From NCBI GenBank assembly GCA_002269645.1, contig NIVC01001409.1, positions 230,859 to 294,858 on the forward strand: 64,000 nt of DNA. Reading direction: 5' to 3'. The notes under the pieces were generated by a model. It saw nothing but the letters and a program-made list of their open reading frames with translations. It had not been told where the DNA came from and made no database searches. The first letter of the stretch is position 1. Each line of letters begins with the position of its first letter. The stretch is from Macrostomum lignano. Lineage: Eukaryota. The position numbers and the translations under genes are program-made. Shown here piece after piece: positions 51,770-63,922 of this stretch.

Positions 51770-54495
51770 TCACTTTGTGGTGATTCGCACGTTTCGCAGC
51801 TCGAGCTCGCGGGCCTGCATCTTCTCCGATGCGCCGCTAATAGAGTGGAAGTAGTTGGTGGCCAGAACGTGCTTCTGCTTGACGCGGTGGATCAGCATGT
51901 TGCCATAGGCCTTTGACAAGTCTCCGACTGCTTCATGCGCATCGGCTTCGTCCTTGGTGAGCAGCACGCAGTTGCTGGGACTCCACGGCTTGTTGACGTC
52001 CCAGCGGACGAGCTCCAGGTCAGCGATGTCGTCCCAGCAGCTGAGGATGGACTGGCCCTCCCAGATGTTGTTCACCAGGTGTTTCAGGTCGGCCTCCTCG
52101 ATAAGCAGCGCCTGGCCGCCCTCCTTCTTGCGCAGCAGCCACAGCATACGCTTGAAGGCCGACTGATCTTCGCGGGCGCGGGCGACGTTGTCCTTGGCGA
52201 GGCATCGGCGGCACTTGCCAATCTTATCAGACTTAACTCCCAGTGGAAACTCTGTACTCTTGAGGTAGCGGCCGCAGGAGGAGCAGTAATGAACATTGTG
52301 GCGCAGCTGCGCCGGGTCCTGGGGCACAGCGAGCAGGTCTGCGATCTCAGGGTTGAAGGTCGGCGTCTTGCAGTACTGCAGGAACAGCGTGCTGATGCGC
52401 TTCCGCAGGCCGGACAGCTTGTCCTCCGCCACTCCGCGGATCAGCAGGTCGGCCTCGCGGTCGATCAGCTCGATGAGGTCCCGCGTCAGTTTGCACTCGT
52501 GCTCCTTCACCGTGTGCTTCAGCGTGAGCAAAACGTCCAACCGCTCATCCTGCGTGAGGTACTTCATCTGCAGGCTGTTGTAGATCCCTAGTAGCTCGCG
52601 GCCTCGCAGGGTGAACGGCGTGTCCATCTCCAAAAGTTTGCCCTCCCCGTTGCGCCATTTCTTGGGCGCGGCCGCCTTCTTTAGGAGGCTCTGCACGGCC
52701 TTCTCCTTGTTCTCCTTGCTGGAGTCGAGCTGGTGCCGGTCCACGGCAGCAATCAGCTCCGTCTCCTGGTCCAGCAGCTGGCACAAGGCCGCCTTCCGTT
52801 CAGCGCCCGTCAGAGTGGCGTTGATGCGGTCAAGCTCCTCGCGGCGCCACTGCTCAAGGGTGCTGTGGGTGGGAAAATATATCGCAAAATTTAAATGATT
52901 CATTCAAACCAGAGTGCTCGTAAATAAACTGCATTAAAAATTTCAAATAGACTCTCGTACCTGTACAAAAGTTCGAAGTCTTCCTTAGTCTTCGGGTTCA
53001 TGCGCCGCTCGAACTCCCGCCTGGTTCGGTCTTCCTTCTCCTTCCGCTTGCGCACCTCCTCCTGGCGCTCCCACTCCAGCCGCGTGTCCCGCTCCTGCTT
53101 GAGCCGGCTGACGTACTGCTTGGCTAGCCAGCGTCGGTAGTAGGTCTGCACGGTGACAATTTTGCTCAGCATTCGCTTCTGGTACTCGTCTGCATTCTCG
53201 TATCGGCCTGGCACAACCAGCTTATCCTCGGCGGTGCTCACGTAGACGCCAGGCTTCGTCATCTGCGTGCTGGTGGCGTTGCTGGTCTGCTGCGTCTGGT
53301 GCTTTGACTCCACAGTCTGTGTGTCCCGGTTGAACACCGGCACCAGGCTGGGCGGCTTCGGCTTCGGGTTCGTCTGCGTCTGCGCATGGTGGTACTCGAC
53401 TCCCGACCGTTTGTGCCGGTAGCCACCGAGGAAAGGCTTGCGTCTTAGCTGCCTATCAATCTCCACGTTCACCTCCTTGGTTGAACTGTCTAGTCCCGGC
53501 ACGCGGACCGTGATGACGTCACCGCCGCCAGCTCCGGCGCCGCGTCTCGCCTCTGCGGAGGCTGGAAGTCGCAGCGGCCGACCGTCCGGACTTCCGCACT
53601 CGACCTCGAAGGCGATAGTTTCGTTTGCATCAACTCCGAAGTCGGCCACTGCGAAGTGATCAGCGACCGGCTTGCCATTGAATAGCACCTGGAGCTCCGT
53701 GGGATCACGCCGTGTCTCGGCTGAGACGTGGGCTTTCACCTGACCGATGGTGCTCAGCAGCGGCATGGCAACTGTCAGCACCTGATTGGAGGCCGGCAGC
53801 ACAAGTCGAAGTGTTGCCAGCTGCTGCAGGTTTGCCTGAGTGGGCGCTGGCGCAAGTGGCTCCGGCCCGGGCTCCCCTTGCTCCTGGCCTGTCTGATTCT
53901 CCTTTTCCTCGGATTCCTGCGCCCCATCCTCTTCGACCTCCTGCATTCCCGCTGCTGCCTCTGCCTCATCTTTCTGGCGCTCAGTTTCAGCGCCACCGTC
54001 CTCTTCTACAGCAGCTTCCTTCTGCTCCACCTCTTCCGACTCTTCTTGCGTTTCACCTTCAACATCGTTCTGAGACTCAGTTGCCTGTTCCCCGCCTTCC
54101 TCTTTGTTCTCTTCATCACCCAGACCGCCGCCGATTTGCTTCGCAGGCGCACTACCAACTTTTCGCTTATCTGATGCTGTCGCTTCAGCCTCCGCCTCCT
54201 CTGCAGGCTCCGCCGAGTCCTTCACCCCCTTCTCCACCATCTGATCGGCCGGCTCTTCCGCCGCCTTTTCGGCAGCTTCATCCGCCTCTTTCTCCACCGC
54301 CTCATCTCCAGCCTCATCCGCAACTCTCTCCGCCGCTTCATTGGAAGGCTCTTCTGCAGTCTCATCTGCAGGCTTCTCCTGACCCTCAGCTTCCGCACCA
54401 GCATCGGGTTCGGGTTCAGCCGGCTGGTCGACTGTTTCTTGCGACTCCGGCTCGGGCTGCTCGTCCACCTCGGCAGACTCGTCTTTTTCCGACAT
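51770..54495 (-). CDS. IQUB: IQ motif and ubiquitin-like domain-containing protein (radial spoke associated), ~875 aa, 2 coding exons
   Basis: Exons 54495-52961 and 52862-51770 (phase 2). Acidic N-terminus, ubiquitin-like domain, KPFLGGYRHKRSGVEYHHAQTQT, IQ motif VTVQTYYRRWLAKQYV, and EQWRREELDRINATLTGAERKAALCQLL. Confidence 0.93.
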
Positions 54496-55829
54496 TTTTG
54501 TGCATGCATTCAAAATAGATTCGCAATTATCAATAATTGGTTCAAATACTAGAAATAATACACGATGATATAATCCTATTCGTCTAACAGACAAAAATCT
54601 GAGATTAGTTTAGAGAATCTAAGCTTAAAAAATCCAGGCCACTTATTTTATTCTGCTTATCTGTAGAATTTACAATATCTTTTTGTAATGCTGTATAATT
54701 TTTTATTATTTTAATGCATAATAGTAAAATTAACAAAAAACCAAAGTGATACTTTTCTTATCGAGCAAGCAGTCATCGATTTTCTGATTGGTATGAAAAA
54801 ATCAATTTAATTCGAGCACTAACTTAGACTCGCCAGACAACACTAGCCAAAGCAAATCTTTCTGGAATATTGAAGTTACACTTGTAGAAACATGAAATTA
54901 GTATTAAATATTTTTGATAGAATAATTTGGACTCAAATATACTTTTTAAGAGTTTGTAAGCAAAAGCTTTCAAACTATTTAATAAAAATGATTTATATTA
55001 TTCTATGATATTTCACACAAGCTATATTGACTTTATACTACAAACAAAATGTGAAGATGATATAGATTCAAGTTTAATATTGTTCAGACAATAATATTCA
55101 TTAATTCTGTATTTAGAGAACTAATATAAATCTATGATTTCACAGACAATTAAAGTAGTTTCGAAGAATTTATAAAATATCTAAAAGCATGCCACACAAG
55201 TCATAAGCACAAAAATGTCATGAGCAATTAGTGCATTTTTTATTCCTTATTGATAGTACTAAATCATAAAGAATTTCGATGGTCATGGATCTCAGGATAA
55301 TTTATTTCTTTTTAGTACAATAAAACACTTAATATTCAGAGCCGCTGCATGTGCCACCAGAAAGGAAAATAAATGATGCATCACTACTCTACTGTTTGAC
55401 AAAAATGAAACACATAGTTGAAAAATTACTTGCGCAAAGTAAGAAGTTTACCAGTGTTAGTAATGAGTTCTAAATTTTGTAAAAGTCACGAAATACCATA
55501 GCGTCAACAAAGTAAACGGATATCCAAACTATAAAATGATCGTGCTAAAAACCTTAATCGTAAGAGTGAAACTGAACTAATTTTTTAAGAATAATCTGAT
55601 ACAATACAAGTTACTCTGCAATTCAAAACTCCCTTACAAACTGTTTCCTGAGGAACAATCTTTTAACAGCATAGAATGTTTACAGCTTACGCTGGAAAAA
55701 AATAAAACGTTATTGTTCCTGTTTCTCTACATTTTTTAGATGTAGAAACGATTCTTAGGATAATCTCGCTGGAGTGTTTTGTTTTAAGTCTATTTTTAAA
55801 AACCCGTAATCAATTTTTAGTTGACGTGA

Positions 55830-55844
55830 ATTGCTACTGGCAAC
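55830..55844. promoter_or_regulatory. Candidate RFX X-box upstream of IQUB
   Basis: ATTGCTACTGGCAAC, 1.35 kb upstream of the IQUB ATG. An acceptor-like TTTTTGTCTGTTAG near 54586 (minus) suggests an upstream untranslated exon. Confidence 0.35.
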
Positions 55845-55929
55845 TTTTACAATTCTGCAATCTGTAGTTCGAATAAGAGCCAAATGTAGCTATGTGAAAA
55901 TTGCAACCGAAAACCGTAGGTGTATGAAT

Positions 55930-55992
55930 TGCCAGCAGCTGTAGGTTCGCATGAGTTGGCGCTGGCGCAAGTGGCTCCGGCCTGGGCTCCCC
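55930..55992 (-). pseudogene. 63-bp duplicated fragment of IQUB exon 1
   Basis: 57/63 identical by manual alignment to 53815-53877, same orientation, embedded in AT-rich DNA. Confidence 0.85.
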
Positions 55993-56158
55993 AATTTGAA
56001 TAGCAAAGTCGAAAAGCAAATATTTCATCCCTGAAGTCCAAAACAGTTACACATGAAAAAATCTATTGATTTTGTGCATTTTTGGCTTTAAAAAATCACT
56101 AGAAAAGAAAAAAGTTTCTCACATTTTTGTCTGTTATTGGCTAGAAGCAATTAGTATC

Positions 56159-59100
56159 CTAATAAATCACGAGACATGGTCGTTTGTACTCATTCATGTA
56201 TAGACTCCTCTCCCCCGCATTGTGCAGGTTGTTGCTTTGAATGTCCACGAGGAGGTCAAGCTCATTTGGCCCTGGTGGCTCAGAATTTGGCCGCAGAGAC
56301 GTTGGTACAAGCGCCTGCTGATTCCAGGTGCTGCCGTCCGTTAGCCTACACACGGCGTTCGTTGTCTTCACGATCTGTAGTGGTCCAGAGAGCCGCGTCC
56401 CCAGCTTCCCATTTCGCACTGGACGACGCACTCGAACCCAGTCACCGGCGCACAATGTTGGTGGTCGCGCCTTCCGCCGCCGGTCGGTATAAGCTGCCGT
56501 TCGCTGCTGTCTCTCCCAAATTCGCTGGGCGATATCTGGTCGTGCCGCCGTAGTGTCCTTAGACGGAGCCAGTAAAGACAGTGCAGTGCGCCAACGTCTT
56601 CCTAGCATCAGCTCCGCTGGACTCTTGCCAGTCAGCGCGTGCGGCGTACTGCGGTAGGTCTCAAGGAATTGCAGCAACGCGTCTTGCATGGGGAAATTCT
56701 CTGCCCTGGCCGCTCGTATGCTGTCTACCAGAGTCCGGTTGAGCCTCTCCGTCTGACCGTTCGTGCTCGGACGGTACGGGCTGGTCTTCTGGTGCTGGAT
56801 GCCGCGCTCCCGCAGGAACCCCGTCAGCGCATTGCCGAACTGCGGTCCGTTGTCGGTAAGCACCGTCTCGCAGAGGCCGATGTCCCGTACCGCTGGGTCC
56901 CAACAGTAGCTGACGTAGCGCTTGATGGTCTGTTCGCAGCTCAAAGTGACGCCCATATAGGTAGTAGTGCCACTTCTCCATGGCCCACAGACTGGCCAAT
57001 GCCTCCCGCTCATTTGCAGCGTATCGCTTCTCGGTGTCGGTCAAGGCTCGGGCGGCAAAGGCGATTGGACGCTCGACGCCGTCTTGGACCTGGGATAGCT
57101 GTGCACCGAGAGAATCCGCACTAGCGTCGCTGGTGACAATCGTCTCGGCCTCTGGGTCAAAATGCGCCAGGATCGGTGGATTACAGATTGCTGCTTTAGC
57201 TCTTGGAATGCTCTTTCGCAGTCCGTCGACCACTCGAACTCCGCATCCCCTTCAGTAGGGCCCTCAGAGGCGCTGTGACTTCAGCAAAATTGGATACAAA
57301 GCGCATCAGGTAGTTTGCAGATCTAGGAACGCCTGCAGCTCCTTCCGGTTAGACGGTGAGCGCAACTGGCTGAATGCCTTGGTCTGGGACTCTGAAGGTC
57401 GCATACCGTCGGCTGAGAAGATGAAGCCGAAAAATTCTACCTCCGTCTTGCGCAGCAGGCATTTGTCCTTATTGGCCGTTAGGCCAGCGTCGTTCATACG
57501 CCCTAATAGCGCTCGCAGTCTTGAATCATGTTCAGTCATGTTTGCTCCGAAAACAATGAAATCGTCCAGAATATGTTCGACACCGTGAAGTCCGGCTACT
57601 AAGTCGTCCAACATCCTTTGGAAGGCTGCTGGCGCTGACGCTAAGCCGAACGGCACTCTGCAATACCGATACAACCCCTGGTGCGTGATGAACGCTGTCA
57701 AGTCACGCGATGCCTCATGCAACTGCATCTGCATGTAGCCAGCTTTGAGATCGATCTTTGAAAATACGTGGCCACTTGCTGCCTTGATCTTTGCCGAAAT
57801 CTCGTCCAGCTGAGCCATCGGATGTCGATCGATTACGAGCGACTTATTCGGCTCTCGCACGTCGATGCAGATTCGAATGTTGCCGTCTTTCTTGTTTGCG
57901 ACAACCAGGTTGGATATCCACGGGCTGGAGTTTATTCGTTCAATGATGCCCGCTGCCTCCATGCGGTCAAGTTCATTGCCTACTTTCTGTTGCTTTGCAA
58001 GTGGAAGGCGGCGTAGCGGCTGCTGCACTGGTAGCACAGCTGCATTTACTCTCGGCTTGTGCACCGCCCCTTTGCAGAGTCCGATTAGACCACTGAAAAC
58101 CGCTGGGAACTCCTCCGCTATGTCTACACTGGCGATACTATTTTCAACCTCCGGAGGCTGCAGTTGTACCCGGAATCCCAGCTTTTCCATTAGGTCACGG
58201 CCAATTATGTTTTCGCCGACCTCGAGATATAGAAATCGTGATGCAGCTCCCGACTTTCGTGCTTGACGGCAACCTTTGCAATCCCAGCCAGTGAGATCTG
58301 CTTTCCGCCGTAAGCTTTTAGCTGCATTGCTGAAGGTCTTAGCTCCAAGTTGTCTAGAGTCTTTGCTTTGGCTTCGCTGAGCAGGGACACCTTGGCCCCG
58401 CAGTCGACCATCAGGTTGACAATCTTCCGGCTGCCACCCAGTTGTAACGCGACTCTGATCTCGCCATTGCCGTGCACCGAGTAAATCGTAACCGTGTCCT
58501 CTGTGCTGACCTGCAGAGCCTTGCTGCGGCAGCATCGACTGAAGTGATTGAGCTTGCCGCAGTTGTTGCACTTCTTGCCATGAGCGGGACATTTCGCTTT
58601 CGCATCATGGCTACGGCCGCATCGCAGACAGGACCCTCCGGCTTGGCGCTGGAGTCTCTTGCTGGCCGGAGTGCCGCGCTGGCCCCGAGGCTTTGCATCT
58701 TGAACGGCCTGGACTGTTCCTGACGAGCTTGTGGCTGCCATCGCCTTGCTTCCTGCTGCTGCGTCCTCGATGGTCGTCGCGATCGTGATGGCACGGTCCA
58801 GAGTCAGCGTAGCGCGTCCTCCGTCAGAAGACGCTCGCGTATCCGGGTGCTGCTCGTCCTCTGGGCCAGCTGGTCACGAATCATTTCGTCACCAGGACAC
58901 CGTAGTTGCAGGTCGCTGACAGCTCTCGCAGTGCTGCGACAAAGGTGGCTGCGTCCTCTCCAGGTAGCTGATGTCTTTCCCGGAATCTGTGGCGCGCCAG
59001 CATCACATTCGGCCGGTCGCCGAATACAGTCGTCAGCAGATCACGAGTTTGCCAAAAGGTCTGCTCATCGGCAATTGCATTTCTAGCCCTAGCTATTCGC

Positions 59101-59529
59101 TGCCCTTCGAAATCGAGCAAGTGAAGCAGCATGTTTCGGCACACCGTTTGCAGGCGCATAGCCTCCTGACTCGGAGCTTCTTCTCCTTTTGGCCTTGGAG
59201 TCCAGATTTGCACGGCTTGGCAATATATATCGAAAGCATCGAGCCATCGATTCCATGGAACTGCCGGCGATCCGCTTGCTGGCAGAAACGGTGCTGGCGG
59301 TTCACGTTGTTGAGGGCCATCCTCGTCGCCAGTTGTTATATCTCGTGGATAAACAAATATCGTTTTTTATTAGCAAGCGTAGTTCAGCTCAGCTGCGTCT
59401 TGACCATTGACGCCGGGACCGAGTCCGTGTATTTATTGCGAAATTAACTGCAAAAAGGGTCCGGCTCATAGACACTAGTTTATGTAGTCTCAGTGACAAG
59501 TAATATTACTCGTAAATCAAGACACAACA
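56159..59529 (-). mobile_element. Decayed Ty3/Gypsy LTR retrotransposon (gag-PR-RT-RNase H-IN order), frameshifted and internally deleted
   Basis: Candidate 5' LTR 59334-59529 (TGTT...AACA, AATAAA inside). PBS TGGCGACGAGG at 59331-59321. gag ATG at 59320 (PPAPFLP..VPWNRWLDAFDIY after a frameshift). Zinc knuckle CNNCGKLNHFSRCC, protease VDCGAKVSLL, RT PFGLASAPAAFQR...ILDD, RNase H SDASADSLG/EREALA/RTDHQAL, integrase TDNGPQF...NGQTERLNRT. No matching 3' LTR found. Confidence 0.93.
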
Positions 59530-59552
59530 CTAGGCTTTTCCTGTAAATGGTT

Positions 59553-60247
59553 ATAATCCATAGAAATAAAGACTTTCCGTGACAATATTTGCGTTCTCCG
59601 GGATTTTATTTGGTAATATTCAATAGTATCCCGTAAAGTCTTTATGTCTATGGTTTATGTATAAGATATTCTATGGGTTTGAGGTCGGTATGTGATTAAA
59701 TCCCGAGAGCTGAAAGGCTCTCGGGATTTAAGTGAAATACCGACCGAAAAACACATAGAATATCTTATTTAAACTACTTTAATTTAGCGGGATGCATTCA
59801 GATAAATCCCGGAGCCATACTTGTATGTCTATGGTTGAAGTTGAGGATGGGGGTGTGGGGGCGAAGCCCCTGCTGGGGGTGAGGGGACGAAGCCCCCACA
59901 TTCTTACCATAGACAAAATTTCATTAAGAAATTTCTCGAGTCACGAATGAAGAGAAGAGAGAAGCTCGTTTATTTAGATACATACAATAATCCTTGCAAT
60001 ATGTCCGGGAAAGTGATCGATTAAATCCCGCAAAATAAAATCTATGTCATTAACCTCCCTGAAAGTGAGCTTTAAAGTGGTTTAAGCTCTTCAGCTCTGC
60101 CTTCAGCTCTCGGGATTTAATCACATACCGACCTCAAACCCATAGAATATCTTATACTTACACATGCCTTTTTCGGGAGTTATTTTCATAAATCCTCGGG
60201 CCTCAGGCCCTCGTGATTTATACAAATAACTCTTTCAAAAGGCATGT
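59553..60247. mobile_element. Multi-hairpin non-coding element with a perfect 55-bp inverted repeat
   Basis: 55-bp inverted repeat at 59660-59714 / 60102-60156. Additional hairpins at 59553-59658, 59661-59768 and 60162-60247. GGGGGCGAAGCCCC mini-hairpin at 59857-59870. No ORF. Confidence 0.65.
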
Positions 60248-61713
60248 TTAATCTGATACATATATTACTTAATAAGATAAGCAGCCACGTAACCAAGTTA
60301 GCGAGCGAAACGTCGTCGCCCAGAACCAGTTTTCAATGTTGATTTCTCAGCTTAATTTACTGAACGGGACCTTGAATGCATCAAAGAGCAGACCAAACTT
60401 ATGAATAAATTTAAAGACCGATAAGTTACACCTTTTAAATAGAAAATTTATAGTTTTGCAGCCCCAACAGACGCGTTAGTTTAGAAGAGTTTTTTTCGGC
60501 ATGCACGACCGATGTCATACTCGGCCTCAACCATGCCATTAGTAGAACGTACTTACTATCGCTCTCCTGAATAATACGACTTCAATACGCTCGGCTAATG
60601 GATTTCCTGTCCGGATCATGCTAGTTTGGGCAAGCAAATAATCCGACATCAATGACTGCATCAAAATCTTCGTCGGAAAACCAGCTTGAATGCATTTATA
60701 GCAGTTGCTAGTGTATGCAGACCTGAATATGCAGCTCATTTATTTAGATATTTGATTCTATCTGTACTTGATCTTTGATATTTGCCTGGCTAGTGAATAT
60801 TTTCCTAGCTGAATCTACTCCGTACTCTACTTGATTGATGTAATTGCCCCACGCCAGACACTGTAAGTACGCAGAGAACTGCATTGGAGAGGAAGATAGC
60901 GAGACGCCTAGAGTCCCCTGCTAAGCATTCACAGCTATCAGGTGTGGGGAGGACGCAACGCTGTTGCTTAGGCAACTCAGAGAGGCCTTGAAAGGATTTT
61001 GGAAGCTACAGTAGGCTGGGAGCATACGATACAGTATGAGAATATTTAATCGCACGAGGGGAGCCCGTGTGACGGAAAAACAATAGGATGAAAAAGGATG
61101 TGGCGAGAGGGAGATCGCGACTCCCAGTGTGCGCTGTCAGTGGTTATGCTCAGCTCTCGCTCCGCCCTCGCATTCGCCTCCAGGCGGTTCTGCACTCCAG
61201 TCTACAGAGCAATGAGCTGAGGAAGCAGCCTATGACAGGTCTCAGACAGGTGGCAGCCAATCCGTGGCCATTTCTGCCCCAGGTCGCTGCTGCGGACCCG
61301 CTCCTCAACCGCACTTAGTTGCTACGAGAGGAGAGAGAAAGAAGCGAGCATACCTCACCGGCGACTCACGCAGAGCTGTGTGGGATGACCCGCAGCCAAA
61401 TTTCTGTTCCAAAACCGTCGCATCTGTTCATCCCAGTAGCAGTCCCCAATTCTTCTCCTATTGCTCCATTAGGCCTGCCACTCTCGCGCGCCTTCCCCGT
61501 ACACGCTGAATAAGTACACAATTTCCCCATAGCTACGCATCCCGATAGCTTTTAGTCTCGTGTTGTTGAGCCCCCTGGCCCAACAACCCACTAGTAAATT
61601 GTCGGAGCAGCCGACAGGTTCAGAAAGGTTTTATAGCCACATCATCGCTCGATATTGATCAGATCCAAGGCGCAGTCGACCAGCACTAGTCAGGCGTCGG
61701 CCAGCCGGTGAAA

Positions 61714-63922
61714 ATGGCGGCTATCGCAGAGGATGTTCTCTGCATCGGCGACACCATCGCACTGTACTCCGATGATGTGCTGGGCTATGTGTACGCCTTG
61801 CAGTCCAGGTGAGCTTCTGAAAATTTCCATTGAAGTAGTGCTTCTTCATGAAACTTAATAGTGTTGGAAGTTCACTTATCGATTATTGAAGGCAGGTCGG
61901 TCAGAAGTCTGCTCTCACAAACTCTTTGTGAATTTGATGGAGTGAGTCCAAATCGATCGTTAAAAAATGAATGTTCTAAATTTGGCTTTTTTGCCCTGGC
62001 ATGCAGGCAAACCAAATCCTAATAGTGAATGACACACGAGTATTCTATGAGTTTTTTTTGCCTGAGATTGCGGGTAAACCTGCCAGCCTGAGTGGCCGAT
62101 TGAAGACTCCGTTGCCATGCCAATGTCAGACCTGAGGGAGCGCTTATCTTCATATTTAGACACTAACTCACTCACTGCTATCTCGTGAACCGGCTTGCAG
62201 AGCAGAGCTCTCTCTCATCGCCCATTGAAGCCCAACATCTCGACCATGCGCAGTGAATGCGCGGTCTTGCAGATATCAGTGCCGAGCTCAGCCTAGAATG
62301 ACTCGGTGCTGTCTCTTATCAATTCAAGCGCCGCAGGGCACAAAAACAAACGCCGACCTTCTCCTCGCAGAGTCAAACGGTTGCTGTGACCTCAGCTCAA
62401 TTGAACTATTTTTAATCTCTATAGCAAAAGAACTGTTCAAACTAGCAAAAAAGATGCTCACCAGAGGAGATGCAAAATTTCTGACGAATGTCAACCATAT
62501 TTTCGAAAGCTTATCTGCATCTGTCCTCTTTTCAGCTCGTCCCATGCTGTGTTGGCAGTGAATAGCAAGGAGGACCGAGTCCAGCCCCGCTGTCCAGATG
62601 CTCAGGGTGCGTCTTCAGCCAGACGAACTGGCGCAAAGCTGCAGTCGGTTTAATATAAATTTCCTGTTGAGAGAGGGGATTTCGGTTCACAGAGCCAAGC
62701 TGGCCGAAAGGGAGCTATGTGGAGTTTAGAAGCGAGGACCACCGGCAAGACGTGGGAGAGAAAACGACGCTGTTTAGAACCAACTACTGGTCCCCTTCGA
62801 TGTCAGGCATAATTTGGTCTAAAAATAAAAATGAAAATACAGAAAAGTTTTAGACAGCTTCCTATCCCAAACTTTCAGTGCTGTCCTTCAAAATCTGCTC
62901 TGCCAATCGGTACAAGCTGCAGAAGGCCTACAGAAAGCTGGCAGCTGCTCAGTCAAGTACGAGCAGCGTGGCTCAGATGGCTCAGCTGACGCAAGCCAAG
63001 GTGAGTCCAACTGACTGGGTCAGTAGGCATTTGTGAAATGTCTTGAACGGCAGCTCAACAAGCGCAAATCATCAAACAATGCTTCCTGTACGATATGACC
63101 ACAAACAATGGATAAGGTACAAAATTCGCTCCCGTGCAGATCGCGGCAGCGGCCGAGGAGGAGGACAACGCCGTAGAGCAGAGGCGCCAGAAAGGCAAGA
63201 AGGTGCTGTACGGCCAGATGGTGCAGCTGCAGCATGTTTTCACCGGAAAGTTCGTGCACATCAGCACACAGAACACGTCGCCGACGGAGAGCAGCAACAT
63301 GCAGGTGACGCTGAGCAGCGAGAACGCCGCCTTCGCCTTGTTCCGCGTGATGCCGCGCTTCAAAGTGAAGGGCGAGGGCGACCTCGTGCAGATTGAGGAC
63401 CAGGTGGTGCTGGAGAGCGTCAAGAGTCCCGGCCAGTTCCTGCACGTCAGCCGGCACAAGTTCGAAGCCCACATGCCGGTGTACGCGGACTCCTACGAGC
63501 TCAACTTGTCCGTGAGGTTCAGCGGCTTCACGCTGATCAGGCGGTACCACGAGACCGAGGACGAGGCCAACAAGATACGAGCCGGCCAGCCCGTCAGGTT
63601 CTTCCACACCGAGCTGGAGGCCTACCTGGTGTGTGAGGGTACATTCAACGAGCCCGAAGTCGAAGACGTTCACCTGCGAGTCCGAGCTGTCGAACAGACA
63701 AAGCCGAAGACCATGTTCCCGCCCACATCCGCCATCTGCTACTGGCAGCTGGAGTTCTTCGAGGGCTGCATCAGCGGCGACATCATCAAGTGGGAGCAGC
63801 AGGTGCGCATCCGGCACATGTGCACCAGGAAATTCCTCATTATCGACAATGATGGCCGTCTTGCGCTCACGGAAGACTGCAAGGACGCCAGGGCCGTGTT
63901 TCGGCTGCATCCCGTGCTCAGG
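61714..63922 (+). CDS. ITPR: Inositol 1,4,5-trisphosphate receptor-like Ca2+ release channel, 5' part (continues beyond the window)
   Basis: Exons 61714-61808, 62536-62606, 62879-63000 and 63140-63922 (phases 2,1,0). LCIGDTIALY, FKICSANRY, LYGQMVQLQHVFTGKFV, DLVQIEDQVVLES, IRAGQPVRFFHTELEAYL, IIKWEQQVRIRHMCTRKFL: suppressor domain plus MIR/beta-trefoil motifs of the ITPR/RyR family. Confidence 0.9.

Noticed and set aside
57560-57580. RT motif ILDD instead of YXDD as a novelty
   Set aside because: The catalytic aspartates are retained, variation at the first position occurs in Gypsy lineages, and the element is already frameshifted.
62050-62520. Coding-looking minus-strand fragments in ITPR intron 1
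   Set aside because: Interrupted by stops and with no recognisable domain. Possibly an old TE remnant, but unsupported.
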